From: Hyphomicrobiales bacterium
GTDB taxonomy: Bacteria > Pseudomonadota > Alphaproteobacteria > Rhizobiales > Rhizobiaceae
DNA: 64,000 nt
Direction: 5' to 3'
Assembly: GCA_021775455.1 (NCBI GenBank)
Contig: JAJFHU010000038.1
Coordinates: forward strand, 17,315-81,314
Below, one piece after another: positions 26,779-35,815 of the stretch (within the stretch, counting starts at the first letter, position 1; each line of letters begins with the position of its first letter). Position numbers and translations under genes: made by a program. The notes beneath the pieces are model-generated. The model was not told the origin of the DNA, did not search any database, and saw only the letters and a list, made by a program, of their open reading frames with translations.

Positions 26779-28209
26779 CTAGCTGACAGCTTCATCACTT
26801 ACAAATGAATCCGCGATTGACTGCGCCATTCCTGCCAGGCCAATAAGCTTTGACGCCTTCAAAACAACAACATCACCAGTCTTGAGTTCCGCTTTCAAAG
26901 CGGTCTCAAGTTCGTCGGCCCCGCCAAAGTGGCCACCAAGTCTGTCCCGAGGTAAGATCTTTGCCAGATACTCCATTTCCGGGCCAACCAGAAATACAAG
27001 ATCGACGCCCGCTGCAGCAATCGGTCCGGCTAGTTGCTCATGCAGCTTTCGCGATTGTCGACCCAGCTCAAGCATATCGCCCAGCACGGCAATTCTTCGT
27101 TTCGTTGTGTTATCTTCGAATGAACCCAAAACCTTTAATGCCGCGCCAACCGATGCAGGGTTGGAATTGTAACTTTCATCAATCATCAAAATGCACCCGC
27201 CATCAGAACGGCTGATCATTATCCGGTTTCCCCTTCCCGGTTGTGGTAACACACCTCGAACCCCATCGACACTCTTGTCAAAATCCGCCCCGGCCAATTC
27301 AGCAGTGCCTAGTGTTGCAACCGCATTGAGTGCCATGTGCTGGCCAGCCACTTTCAACCTGAATTCAATATTTCTCCCGGCGATACGCGCATTGATGCGT
27401 GACCCATTGGGGTCATAGTCAGCACTTCTAAGCCAGAAATCAGAACCGCGCTTTTTACCAAATGTTACAATGTTTTCTACGCCCGCTTCCTCTGCCAGTT
27501 TTTTGAGCAATGGGAAACGCTTGTCATCGTGATTAATAACTCCATAGCCGCCTGCCACCACACCGGTAAAAATTTCCGCTTTGGCATGGGCAATCCCGTC
27601 AATTGAATCAAAATTGCCGATATGGGCTGCAGCCACGTTAGTCACCATCACGATGTGCGGTCGAACCAACTTTACCAGTTCAAGAATTTCACCAGCATGA
27701 TTCATGCCAATCTCAAACACACCGTAACGCGTATCCCTCGGCATCTTTGCAAGGGTTAGCGGCACCCCCCAATGATTATTGAAGGAAGCAGCGGACGCAT
27801 GAACCTTTCCGCTTTCACTCAGGACCGCACGAAGCATCTCCTTTGTCGTGGTCTTGCCCACGCTTCCCGTTACCGCGATGATTTGGGCCTTGGATCGCAT
27901 CCTTGCGACTTCACCAAGTCGGGACATGGCCTCAAGCACGTCACCAACTACAATCAGGGGAAGTTTCAACTGGCCCAATGCAGCCAATCGACTCTCATCA
28001 ACAACAGCCAGTGCTGCACTGGCACCCATGGCATTAACGAGAAAATTGTGCCCATCAGTTCTGTCACCCTTGATGGCAAAGAAGGCATCGCCCTTTTCCA
28101 GCGATCGCGAATCTATCGAGACACCAGTAATCGCATCGGGCAGATCGCCAATAGGCCGACCGTTGGTTGCGGCCAGGAACTCATCTGCTGTCCACAGTGG
28201 CTCACTCAT
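26779..28209 (-). CDS. murF: UDP-N-acetylmuramoyl-tripeptide--D-alanyl-D-alanine ligase
   Basis: [14 protein letters not shown]-loop, Mur ligase domains, and position between murE and mraY. Confidence 0.93.
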   Translation of the reverse strand: MSEPLWTADEFLAATNGRPIGDLPDAITGVSIDSRSLEKGDAFFAIKGDRTDGHNFLVNAMGASAALAVVDESRLAALGQLKLPLIVVGDVLEAMSRLGEVARMRSKAQIIAVTGSVGKTTTKEMLRAVLSESGKVHASAASFNNHWGVPLTLAKMPRDTRYGVFEIGMNHAGEILELVKLVRPHIVMVTNVAAAHIGNFDSIDGIAHAKAEIFTGVVAGGYGVINHDDKRFPLLKKLAEEAGVENIVTFGKKRGSDFWLRSADYDPNGSRINARIAGRNIEFRLKVAGQHMALNAVATLGTAELAGADFDKSVDGVRGVLPQPGRGNRIMISRSDGGCILMIDESYNSNPASVGAALKVLGSFEDNTTKRRIAVLGDMLELGRQSRKLHEQLAGPIAAAGVDLVFLVGPEMEYLAKILPRDRLGGHFGGADELETALKAELKTGDVVVLKASKLIGLAGMAQSIADSFVSDEAVS

Positions 28210-29657
28210 TTGTTCAGCCCTAGCGCTTCCCGCACTACTTGATGATCTGAAAAAGGCAACACTTTATCACCAACAATTTGCCCTTCTTCATGTCCCTTGC
28301 CGGCAACAACCAGACAATCCCCTTCTTTCAACATTCCACAAGCGTAGTGAATTGCTTCTTCCCGGTCTCCAATTTCCGTTGCACCCACAGCACCTTCCAT
28401 GACCTGTGATCGAATGGATTGCGGCTCTTCAGTTCTCGGATTGTCATCCGTCACGACCACAACATCGGCCAATCTCGCAGCAATCTCTCCCATTATGGGG
28501 CGCTTGCCCGGATCCCGGTCTCCGCCGCAGCCTATCACCACATAGAGTTTGTTCGTGGTAAAAGGACGAAGTGCCAACAAGACTTGCTCCAGGGCCTCCG
28601 GCTTATGGGCGTAGTCAACGTAAACCGGCGCACCAACATGGCTTTTGCCAACAAGTTCCAGCCGACCGGATGCGCCTTTAAGGTTTTCAAGTGCGCCTAT
28701 TGCTGTATCCGCTGAAGTGCCGGTTGAAATTGCAAGGCCAGCTGAAACAAGCCCGTTGGAAATCTGGAAATCTCCCGCCAGGGGGAATTCAATACGATGC
28801 AGTTTGTCCGCATGCACAATCTCCACAATCTGTTTGAATTGCTGGTGCTCAACTTTCTTGAGTGAGAGGTAGTCACCATTCCGGCCAACGGTTTTGACGT
28901 CCGCACCACGCTCACGAGCAACCTCAACAACTTCTTCGGTCCTGTCATCATCGGCATTAATGATTGCTGGAGCACCTTCCGGTAGTAGTTCAGAAAACAA
29001 ACGCAACTTGGCTCCCAAATAGTGTGCAACAGTCGGATGATAGTCCATGTGATCCCGGCCAAGATTGGTAAAGGCAGCTGCAGCAAGGCGAACTCCGTCC
29101 AGTCTGCGTTGATCCAACCCGTGTGAAGACGCTTCCATCGCTGCATGGGTTACACCAGCACTTGCCAGTTCATCCAGCAAGCAATGCAATTCGACCGGAT
29201 CAGGTGTGGTAAGATTTCCATATTCTTCCCTGCCCAGTGCGGATATTCCCGTGGTTCCAAGGCTGGCCGCTTTCTTTCCATCTGCTTCCCAAATTTGTCG
29301 GGTAAAAGTCGCAACGGAGGTTTTTCCCGCGGTACCGGTCACTGCCACCTGGATTTCCGGCTGGGATGGGAAAAACCGGGAGGCAAGACGCGCCAGTGTC
29401 AACCGTGGATCATCAACGCGAATGACTGGAATGCTGTCCACATCAATTGTAGCATCGTGTGAAGCAACAATTGCCGATGCACCCTTGCTTGCAGCATCAG
29501 CGGCAAATTGCGCACCATCATTACTGGAACCGGCGAGTGCAAAAAAAAGAAAATTGTCAGAGACTTTGCGAGAGTCTGCGGTAATTCCGCCAACTGTTAC
29601 CTTTCCCGCATCGCCGGTAAGTTCCAACTCATCCCCGGCCAGTGTCTCCAGTTTCAT
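28206..29657 (-). CDS. murE: UDP-N-acetylmuramoyl-L-alanyl-D-glutamate--2,6-diaminopimelate ligase
   Basis: [10 protein letters not shown]-loop, a DNPR motif (DDNPRTE) typical of meso-DAP-adding MurE, and YAHKP.AL. Confidence 0.95.
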   Translation of the reverse strand: MKLETLAGDELELTGDAGKVTVGGITADSRKVSDNFLFFALAGSSNDGAQFAADAASKGASAIVASHDATIDVDSIPVIRVDDPRLTLARLASRFFPSQPEIQVAVTGTAGKTSVATFTRQIWEADGKKAASLGTTGISALGREEYGNLTTPDPVELHCLLDELASAGVTHAAMEASSHGLDQRRLDGVRLAAAAFTNLGRDHMDYHPTVAHYLGAKLRLFSELLPEGAPAIINADDDRTEEVVEVARERGADVKTVGRNGDYLSLKKVEHQQFKQIVEIVHADKLHRIEFPLAGDFQISNGLVSAGLAISTGTSADTAIGALENLKGASGRLELVGKSHVGAPVYVDYAHKPEALEQVLLALRPFTTNKLYVVIGCGGDRDPGKRPIMGEIAARLADVVVVTDDNPRTEEPQSIRSQVMEGAVGATEIGDREEAIHYACGMLKEGDCLVVAGKGHEEGQIVGDKVLPFSDHQVVREALGLNK

Positions 29658-29694
29658 TTCGTTTCTTTCCCAACAATGCCCGAATCAGCCTGTG

Positions 29695-31398
29695 TTAATG
29701 TGAAACTAGCATTGGCTGGGACCCCTTGTCGAAGTTTGGCACCACGCCCAGCACTGGTGCTGATCGTCGAATGATATTGCTGACCAGCGGGGCAGCATTA
29801 AGGCCAGCCGTTGCGCTCTTCTGACCTTCTGCCGGTTTGGGTTCATCAATGATTACCAGCACGACATATTGCGGATCATCAATCGGAAACGCTGCTAGAA
29901 AAGCATTAAAGCGAAAATCAGAATTATAACGCCCGTTAATGACCTTTTCAGCAGTCCCGGTCTTGCCTCCAACCCTAAATCCAGGCACTTCAGCCCGACT
30001 GCCAGAGCCTTTTTCCACATTGAGTCGCATCAGGTAACGCATATTGTCGCTCGTCTTTGGTGACACGACCTGATCCGCCAAGTCCTGTGCCTGAGAAATT
30101 GATCTGGGAAACAGAGTGGGTGGAATAAGTTTGCCGCCATTAAGCAGTGCCGCTCCGGCAACCGCTGTCTGCAATGGAGTTGTTTGGGCGCCATGGCCGT
30201 AGGAAATCGTAACCGAGTGGATTTTTTTCCACTTTTTTGGTTCGACAGGGCTTGCTACCTCCGGCAATTCAAACGGCACCCGTTTTAGCAATCCTATCCG
30301 GTGAAGGAACTTTCGATGGTTCTCTATACCGACTACATCAGCCATCTTGGCTGTCCCAATGTTGGATGAATAGATAAACACTTCCGGAACACTCAGCACA
30401 CGTTTTTTTGCGTGAAAATCATTGATTGTGTGCCCGCCGATTTGCAGAGGTTGGCGCGCATCAAAACTATCATTCATCGAAACCAATCCACTATCCAGAG
30501 CCATCGCAGTGGTGAACGTCTTGAATGTGGAACCCATTTCGTAAAGTCCGGCGGAAATCCGGTTCAAGCTCTCTTTGTTTAGAGCCGTTGCTGGTTCATT
30601 AGGGTCGTAATCTGGAAGTGAAGCCATCGCAACCACTTCGCCGGTCTTGGCATTGAGTACAACTGCACCGGCCGCAATCGCCTGATATCGCTCCATTGCC
30701 TGAACCAACTCATCCCGCACAAAATGTTGCACGCGAAGGTCGATAGACAGATTTACTGGCTCCATGCTGGTATTTCGGGCAAACCCCAAATTCTGGAGGC
30801 TTCGCAGACCGCGATCATCGATGTATTTTTCAATGCCGGCGATCCCGACATTGTCGATATTCACATGTCCGACAATGTGTGAAGCAGTTTCGCCTTTCGG
30901 ATAAAAGCGGCGGGTTTCTGTGCGGAAACCAATGCCCGGAATCCCCAGCGCCAGAATTTCACTTTCCTTTGCGGGAGAAAGCTCTCGTTTCAGCCAGACA
31001 AAACCGGCCTGACTTGTAAGACGCTTGTAAACCTTCTCCACATTCAGCGACGGTAGAACAGAGGACAGGAGTTCAACGGCTTCATCCGCATCCACGATCC
31101 GGCGCGGTTCCGCATACAAGGAAGAAGTAACAATATCAGTGGCGAGTATAATGCCATTGCGGTCACGTATGTCAGGTCTTGCAGCGGTGATCGTCGGATC
31201 GTGCGCAGAATGGTAACGCGCTTCGCCCGGCTCAGCAAAGCCAAGCATCACAAGTCGCCCAACAACCACAACATAGGCAATGCAGACCAGAAACATTGTC
31301 ATCGCCACCCGTGATTGGGCCTGCTCCGCAATGCGTTTTTGAGTTCCGTCCAATTGGATATGAGAGGCATTCGGTGCGCGATCATGGATCTGCGTCAT
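29695..31398 (-). CDS. ftsI: Division-specific transpeptidase FtsI (class B PBP, PBP3)
   Basis: N-terminal membrane anchor, PBP dimerisation domain and transpeptidase motifs (STFK, SSN, KTGT). Confidence 0.92.
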   Translation of the reverse strand: MTQIHDRAPNASHIQLDGTQKRIAEQAQSRVAMTMFLVCIAYVVVVGRLVMLGFAEPGEARYHSAHDPTITAARPDIRDRNGIILATDIVTSSLYAEPRRIVDADEAVELLSSVLPSLNVEKVYKRLTSQAGFVWLKRELSPAKESEILALGIPGIGFRTETRRFYPKGETASHIVGHVNIDNVGIAGIEKYIDDRGLRSLQNLGFARNTSMEPVNLSIDLRVQHFVRDELVQAMERYQAIAAGAVVLNAKTGEVVAMASLPDYDPNEPATALNKESLNRISAGLYEMGSTFKTFTTAMALDSGLVSMNDSFDARQPLQIGGHTINDFHAKKRVLSVPEVFIYSSNIGTAKMADVVGIENHRKFLHRIGLLKRVPFELPEVASPVEPKKWKKIHSVTISYGHGAQTTPLQTAVAGAALLNGGKLIPPTLFPRSISQAQDLADQVVSPKTSDNMRYLMRLNVEKGSGSRAEVPGFRVGGKTGTAEKVINGRYNSDFRFNAFLAAFPIDDPQYVVLVIIDEPKPAEGQKSATAGLNAAPLVSNIIRRSAPVLGVVPNFDKGSQPMLVSH

Positions 31399-31784
31399 TG
31401 CTGCCCCTCTTCGCCTGAATCAATGGAACCGGTTTTGGTCAGCTTGTCGACTTCAACAACATCTTCAAACAATGGAGAGTTTTCGAAACTCGGTCCTGTC
31501 TTTCGTCGGGGCAGCTCATCTTCCCGTCCGATTTGATGCGGTTCCATCTGCTTTAGTTGCAGTTCCTCTTCATAGCGATCCACCAACGCTTGCAGGCGGG
31601 CGGGATTAGTGAGCAAACTCCAGTCGGATTTCAGGAGTCCAATTTCGGTTTTCTCAGCCGCAATTTTCTGCTCAAGTTCCAGCACCCGGTCGAGAGCTAT
31701 TCGGGAATCATGCTTTACCTTAAAAGTCCATGAAACGATTGCCACAAGAACGGCGATCATGATCACATCAATGCTGCGAAACAT
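31395..31784 (-). CDS. ftsL: Cell division protein FtsL-like (bitopic membrane coiled-coil protein)
   Basis: A strong AGGAGG Shine-Dalgarno sequence lies 6 nt upstream of the ATG at 31784. The product starts [19 protein letters not shown] (transmembrane) and continues with a coiled-coil, in the position between rsmH and ftsI. Confidence 0.7.
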   Translation of the reverse strand: MFRSIDVIMIAVLVAIVSWTFKVKHDSRIALDRVLELEQKIAAEKTEIGLLKSDWSLLTNPARLQALVDRYEEELQLKQMEPHQIGREDELPRRKTGPSFENSPLFEDVVEVDKLTKTGSIDSGEEGQQ

Positions 31785-32811
31785 TTCCACCTCCTGCGAT
31801 ACTCTCAAGTGTCGCCAATCTGGGAAATCCAAAGATTGAATAATCTTCGGGCCGGCAATCGTTTTCCGTCCTGAGACCCCATCTCAGTTTCGCGGATCGG
31901 GCTCTTGGATTGACTTCCGCTTCGGCAGCACTCACCTTTTGATAGCCCTTGCCTTCAAGGTCAAAACTGGCTGACTTCTGATGCTGTTCGGGTAAATGCC
32001 TTGATCCGCCGGTTGTTCCGGCGCGATCCCGAAAAAACAATTTCACAATCCGGTCTTCAAGCGAATGAAAAGTAACGACTACCAGTCGACCACCAGTCTT
32101 CAGCAGTCGTTCTGCCGCAAACAATGCCGCGCCCAATTGCTCCAGCTCTCGGTTCACGAATATCCGTAATGCCTGAAAAGTCCTGGTTGCCGGATGGATG
32201 CGATCTCCCTTGCGACCACCGAGACCGCTCTCCACGATCTTCGCCAGTTCTGTTGTGGATTGAATGGTCCCGCTTTCGCGAGCCTTCACAATGGCACCTG
32301 AAACCCTGGAGGCCTTTTTCTCCTCACCCAGAATTCCGATGATGCGGGTAAGATCCTGCTGGCGCGCCTGATTTACAACGTCGGCGGCACTAACCCCTTC
32401 CTGCGACATCCGCATGTCCAAAGGACCATCTTTCTGGAATGAAAATCCGCGCTCTGCTTCATCGATTTGCATGGAAGAAACGCCAACATCCAGCACAACA
32501 CCATCGGGATTTTCGTATCCATGCTCAATAGCAATTTTATCAAGGTTGGAAAACTCGCCCTGAACCAGTTTCAGGTGCCCATCTGACTGCCTTGCCAAAG
32601 TTTGGCCATCTCGAATGGCATTGGGATCGCGGTCTATCGCGAGAACCGAACTTCCAGCGGTGAGAATTGCCGAAGAGTACCCTCCCGCACCAAATGTTCC
32701 ATCAACAAACCGCTGACCGGAAGCTGGCTTCAGTGCGGATAAAACCTCGTTGAGCATGACAGGCACATGACGCTGTGGTCCGCCAGCAATGGGTTCATTG
32801 CTTTGCGTCAT
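31768..32811 (-). CDS. rsmH: 16S rRNA (cytosine1402-N4)-methyltransferase
   Basis: Motifs [26 protein letters not shown]...RGFSF and FHSLEDR.VK. The start is trimmed to the ATG that forms an ATGA overlap with the mraZ stop. Confidence 0.95.
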   Translation of the reverse strand: MTQSNEPIAGGPQRHVPVMLNEVLSALKPASGQRFVDGTFGAGGYSSAILTAGSSVLAIDRDPNAIRDGQTLARQSDGHLKLVQGEFSNLDKIAIEHGYENPDGVVLDVGVSSMQIDEAERGFSFQKDGPLDMRMSQEGVSAADVVNQARQQDLTRIIGILGEEKKASRVSGAIVKARESGTIQSTTELAKIVESGLGGRKGDRIHPATRTFQALRIFVNRELEQLGAALFAAERLLKTGGRLVVVTFHSLEDRIVKLFFRDRAGTTGGSRHLPEQHQKSASFDLEGKGYQKVSAAEAEVNPRARSAKLRWGLRTENDCRPEDYSIFGFPRLATLESIAGGGNVSQH

Positions 32812-33293
32812 CCTCCTCCTTGCTCCTTGTCCGCAGAAAACTTGCCTCCGGTCATGGCTTGTCGATTGCGCCGCATTTCCGCAACTTTTTCCCGTGCCTC
32901 CTCTCGGTAGGCCTTGAACCGTTCCGGTTCCCACATCTGGAAAAAATATCCGCGACCCACAAAGGCAACCTTGTCGTCTATACCGGTATGTTCGCGAATA
33001 TTGTCTGTGAGGATAATCCGTCCTTCCCCGTCAACATTGAGATGGTCGGAATCGCCATGAAGAACAAAAGAGTAAAGCTCATACTCAGTGGAAAATGGAT
33101 CCATCTGCGCCAGTTGTTGTTCGCCGCGCTCGACAAGTTGGGGCCCCCCAGCCTCAATCGCTGGCTGATCAATGGCAGCCAACGTATACAATCGCCCTTG
33201 ATCGCCAAGGACTGGACGAAATGATGCGGGTATGGAAACCCGGCCCTTTTTATCTACCTTGTTGATGGCGTTCGACAAGAACCGATCCATCAT
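32808..33293 (-). CDS. mraZ: Transcriptional regulator MraZ
   Basis: MDRFLS...[12 protein letters not shown] in the first SpoVT-AbrB-like half, with a second half containing DGEGRI.L. It is the first gene of the dcw cluster. Confidence 0.93.
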   Translation of the reverse strand: MMDRFLSNAINKVDKKGRVSIPASFRPVLGDQGRLYTLAAIDQPAIEAGGPQLVERGEQQLAQMDPFSTEYELYSFVLHGDSDHLNVDGEGRIILTDNIREHTGIDDKVAFVGRGYFFQMWEPERFKAYREEAREKVAEMRRNRQAMTGGKFSADKEQGGG

Positions 33294-33425
33294 TGACCTT
33301 TCACCTTCTGCAACACGCATTTACGGGAAATGGATTGCAGCCCTCTCGACCCAACCGCCCGAAAACAAGCGCCATGCGCTCACCCGCCTGCGGTAATCCC
33401 CTTAGTAACGCTTAACGGGATATCA

Positions 33426-33450
33426 TGGGCAAATTTGGGCGTCAATGGAA
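33426..33450. promoter_or_regulatory. Candidate MraZ operator: three direct repeats with 10-bp periodicity
   Basis: TGGGC-aaatt-TGGGC-gtcaa-TGGAA, about 135 nt upstream of the mraZ start. E. coli MraZ is known to bind TGGGN repeats spaced 10 bp apart. Here the repeats read on the strand opposite to the gene. Confidence 0.3.
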
Positions 33451-33804
33451 TCTTCATCCATTATTAAGGTTTGACTTGGGTTTGAACGAAAAGGATCACC
33501 GCAATTCACCTGTCAGCAGGGAAACCTTGCGTTGACAGGGTTAACGAATTGGTAACCAAAGATTTCACTAAACGTCTCAGCTTGGGGATTAATTGGTTTT
33601 TAGGCGGTTTGACAATCGAATTACAGGGACAATTTGCTGTTGAAATTACTTGGCCATTTCCATGGTTGTGTATTCGTTATCCGCGCCCCAAAGCTGCCAT
33701 TGATGAGACGCACACCTGAAAAGGCCGACTTTCAACGCACACAACCCTGCCGGATGATATCGCGCACCGGCAGTACCGATTTCATCATCAAGCCGTTTGA
33801 CTGC

Positions 33805-34980
33805 TCATTCATCAAAAAAATTACTATCTGTATCAACGCTATTGTCTATGGATTTCAAAGTTTCCATCCCAACTTGACCAAGCGTGCCAGAATATCCGTA
33901 TCTAATTCCGACCACAGAGATTGCATCCCGGATTGCAGCAGTCTGTTCATCTTCCGTGAGATCACCAAATCCTTCATTGTGCTCCTTGAGGTAGTCGATA
34001 TAGGCTTGCTCAAGGTTGGCCCTTGCACCAGACACGCCATCAAGACTGTTGAGCTGATCCGCTGTTACGAGGGTTCCATCTTCATTTCCGCCAACATCTT
34101 CCTTAATCGCTGCAAGAACGTCTGAAGGCGTTGAAACTTTGTCATCCTCCAGACTGTTGATCTCATCCGCTTTTACGTGATCTTCATCTTCATTTCCTCC
34201 AACCTCTTCCTTAACCGTGGAAAGATCGTCTGAAGGTGCTGAAATTTCTTCATCCTCATTGCCGGTATTGACGTTGTTAATGACGTATTGAAGCAGCTCA
34301 ACCTGCTCACTTTCAGAACGGAGTATGAATTGTGGGAAATTTTCCGTCAGATATTCCAGGTAATCTTGAATCTGGCCACGGTAGGCATTCTCAACACCTT
34401 CCAGACTGTTAAGTTCATCGGCAATTAACAAACTGCCATCATCCTCTCCCGCAATTCTCCCGGTAATTTTTGACAAAACACTCCGATCACCTGAAACGCC
34501 AGCCTGGGTGTTAACAGCATCAATCGAAGCTTGAATGGCTGCTATTTGTTCGTCTTCTGAAAGGCCTGCGAAATCTGCGTAGTTATCTTCCAAATAATCA
34601 ATATAATCACGTTCCTGGCCGGATTTCGCATCCCTGATGCCATATACTTTCTTTAGCTGGGTTGCAGTAACCAGATTACCATCTTCATTTCCGTCAACAT
34701 CTTCTCCAACGGCACCAAGTATGTCGTTTTCTTCATTCACCTTGTTAATCACATGCTGAAGAACTCTGGTTTTTTCACCTGTTGAACGGCGATCAAACTG
34801 GGAAAAGTTTCGATTCAATAATTTGATGTAAGCTTGCTCGGAACCGACGCGAGCATTTCCAGACCTGTCTTCCGATATTGCCCGGCTTATAGTGTTACTG
34901 AACACGTCTTGCGTTCGCTGTGAATTATCATTTTGCTGTGAGTTTCCACCAACAGGTGGACTTGATGGCAATTCGGTCAT
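33805..34980 (-). CDS. Acidic modular repeat protein with EF-hand/dockerin-like calcium-loop motifs (hypothetical)
   Basis: 391 aa in four modules of the form YI.YL..N...F..LSE.EQ...I...I..VN, each followed by G(G)NEDG.LVTA.QLNSL.GV loops. There is no N-terminal signal peptide, and the upstream region is AT-rich. Confidence 0.6.
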   Translation of the reverse strand: MTELPSSPPVGGNSQQNDNSQRTQDVFSNTISRAISEDRSGNARVGSEQAYIKLLNRNFSQFDRRSTGEKTRVLQHVINKVNEENDILGAVGEDVDGNEDGNLVTATQLKKVYGIRDAKSGQERDYIDYLEDNYADFAGLSEDEQIAAIQASIDAVNTQAGVSGDRSVLSKITGRIAGEDDGSLLIADELNSLEGVENAYRGQIQDYLEYLTENFPQFILRSESEQVELLQYVINNVNTGNEDEEISAPSDDLSTVKEEVGGNEDEDHVKADEINSLEDDKVSTPSDVLAAIKEDVGGNEDGTLVTADQLNSLDGVSGARANLEQAYIDYLKEHNEGFGDLTEDEQTAAIRDAISVVGIRYGYSGTLGQVGMETLKSIDNSVDTDSNFFDE

Positions 34981-35180
34981 GACATCCTAATTCTACTCAT
35001 TTAAATTGATACAAAGTTCGTCATATATTTTACATATATATAAATAAATAACAAGGCAATTATTAGGGTCAGGACTCATCAATTGGCACAAAATGGCTTT
35101 AGAACGGAGTTTGATACATCTCTGTGAATCTTCCAGCGGTATGGTTGCGGTGTCGAGTTTCAACCATTGAACCGCTCACC

Positions 35181-35708
35181 TCACAAACTGGCGGCACTAC
35201 GGGTTGCCTGGTCATACTGCCCTGAGACTGCCCGCAGCAATCTTGCTGACTTTGAAAGCTCCTCGGGATCAAAACCGAGCGCCTGAACACTCTCTACCAA
35301 CAGCGCCTCTCTTGTGTGCTGATACGCTTCGCAGGCTTTCTCACCTACAGCGGTAATTTTGACGGTCTTTTCCTTGCCAAGCTTGCCGGTTTCAACAAGG
35401 CCTTGCTCGGCCAGTTTCTTGATTGCGTAATTGACGAGGTGAGTATCTTCGATGTTCAGCATCAAACACAGATCGGCCAGGGTTTTTTCCCGGTTGCGAT
35501 GATTGACGGAATGCAGAACCTGAACCTCCATGGCGGTCAGTCCAGCCAATCCGCTGGCTGTCATGCAGCGAACGGTCCAGCGCTGCATCGCGTTGCTGGC
35601 GATTATCAGCGCATACTCAACTTCAGAAAGTTCCGGCATGGCCCCACTGGCAAGATGGGCCGCAGAAACAACCGGTCCCACCCCTGACCGCGCATTTTTA
35701 TCAGCCAT
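35181..35708 (-). CDS. MarR-family winged-helix transcriptional regulator
   Basis: LTAMEVQVLHSV...KTLADLCLMLNIEDTHLVNYAIKKLAEQGLVE matches a wHTH of MarR type. It is divergent from the oxoprolinase gene. Confidence 0.85.
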   Translation of the reverse strand: MADKNARSGVGPVVSAAHLASGAMPELSEVEYALIIASNAMQRWTVRCMTASGLAGLTAMEVQVLHSVNHRNREKTLADLCLMLNIEDTHLVNYAIKKLAEQGLVETGKLGKEKTVKITAVGEKACEAYQHTREALLVESVQALGFDPEELSKSARLLRAVSGQYDQATRSAASL

Positions 35709-35749
35709 GCCTTCACCGCCTTAATTGTTAGCAAAATATTCATTGACAT

Positions 35750-35761
35750 TTTATCGATAAA
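35750..35761. promoter_or_regulatory. 12-bp perfect palindrome in the MarR/oxoprolinase divergent intergenic region (candidate operator)
   Basis: tttatcgataaa lies immediately after a TTGACA hexamer (35744-35749). It is flanked by two AATTGTT direct repeats. Confidence 0.3.
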
Positions 35762-35815
35762 TTGTTGATGTGCAAGTTCCAACAACAAGTTTTTCTGGTT
35801 TGAAGGTGATTTGGC

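Noticed and set aside
33634-34125. 163-aa plus-strand ORF overlapping the 3-prime end of the repeat-protein gene
   Set aside because: It is antisense to the better-supported 391-aa ORF, which has modular repeats and consistent codon periodicity. There is no Shine-Dalgarno sequence and no motifs.
35134-35180. Nested hairpin (gcggt/accgc around atggttg/caaccat) just downstream of the MarR gene stop
   Set aside because: It has no following T-tract on the minus strand, so it cannot be confidently called a terminator.
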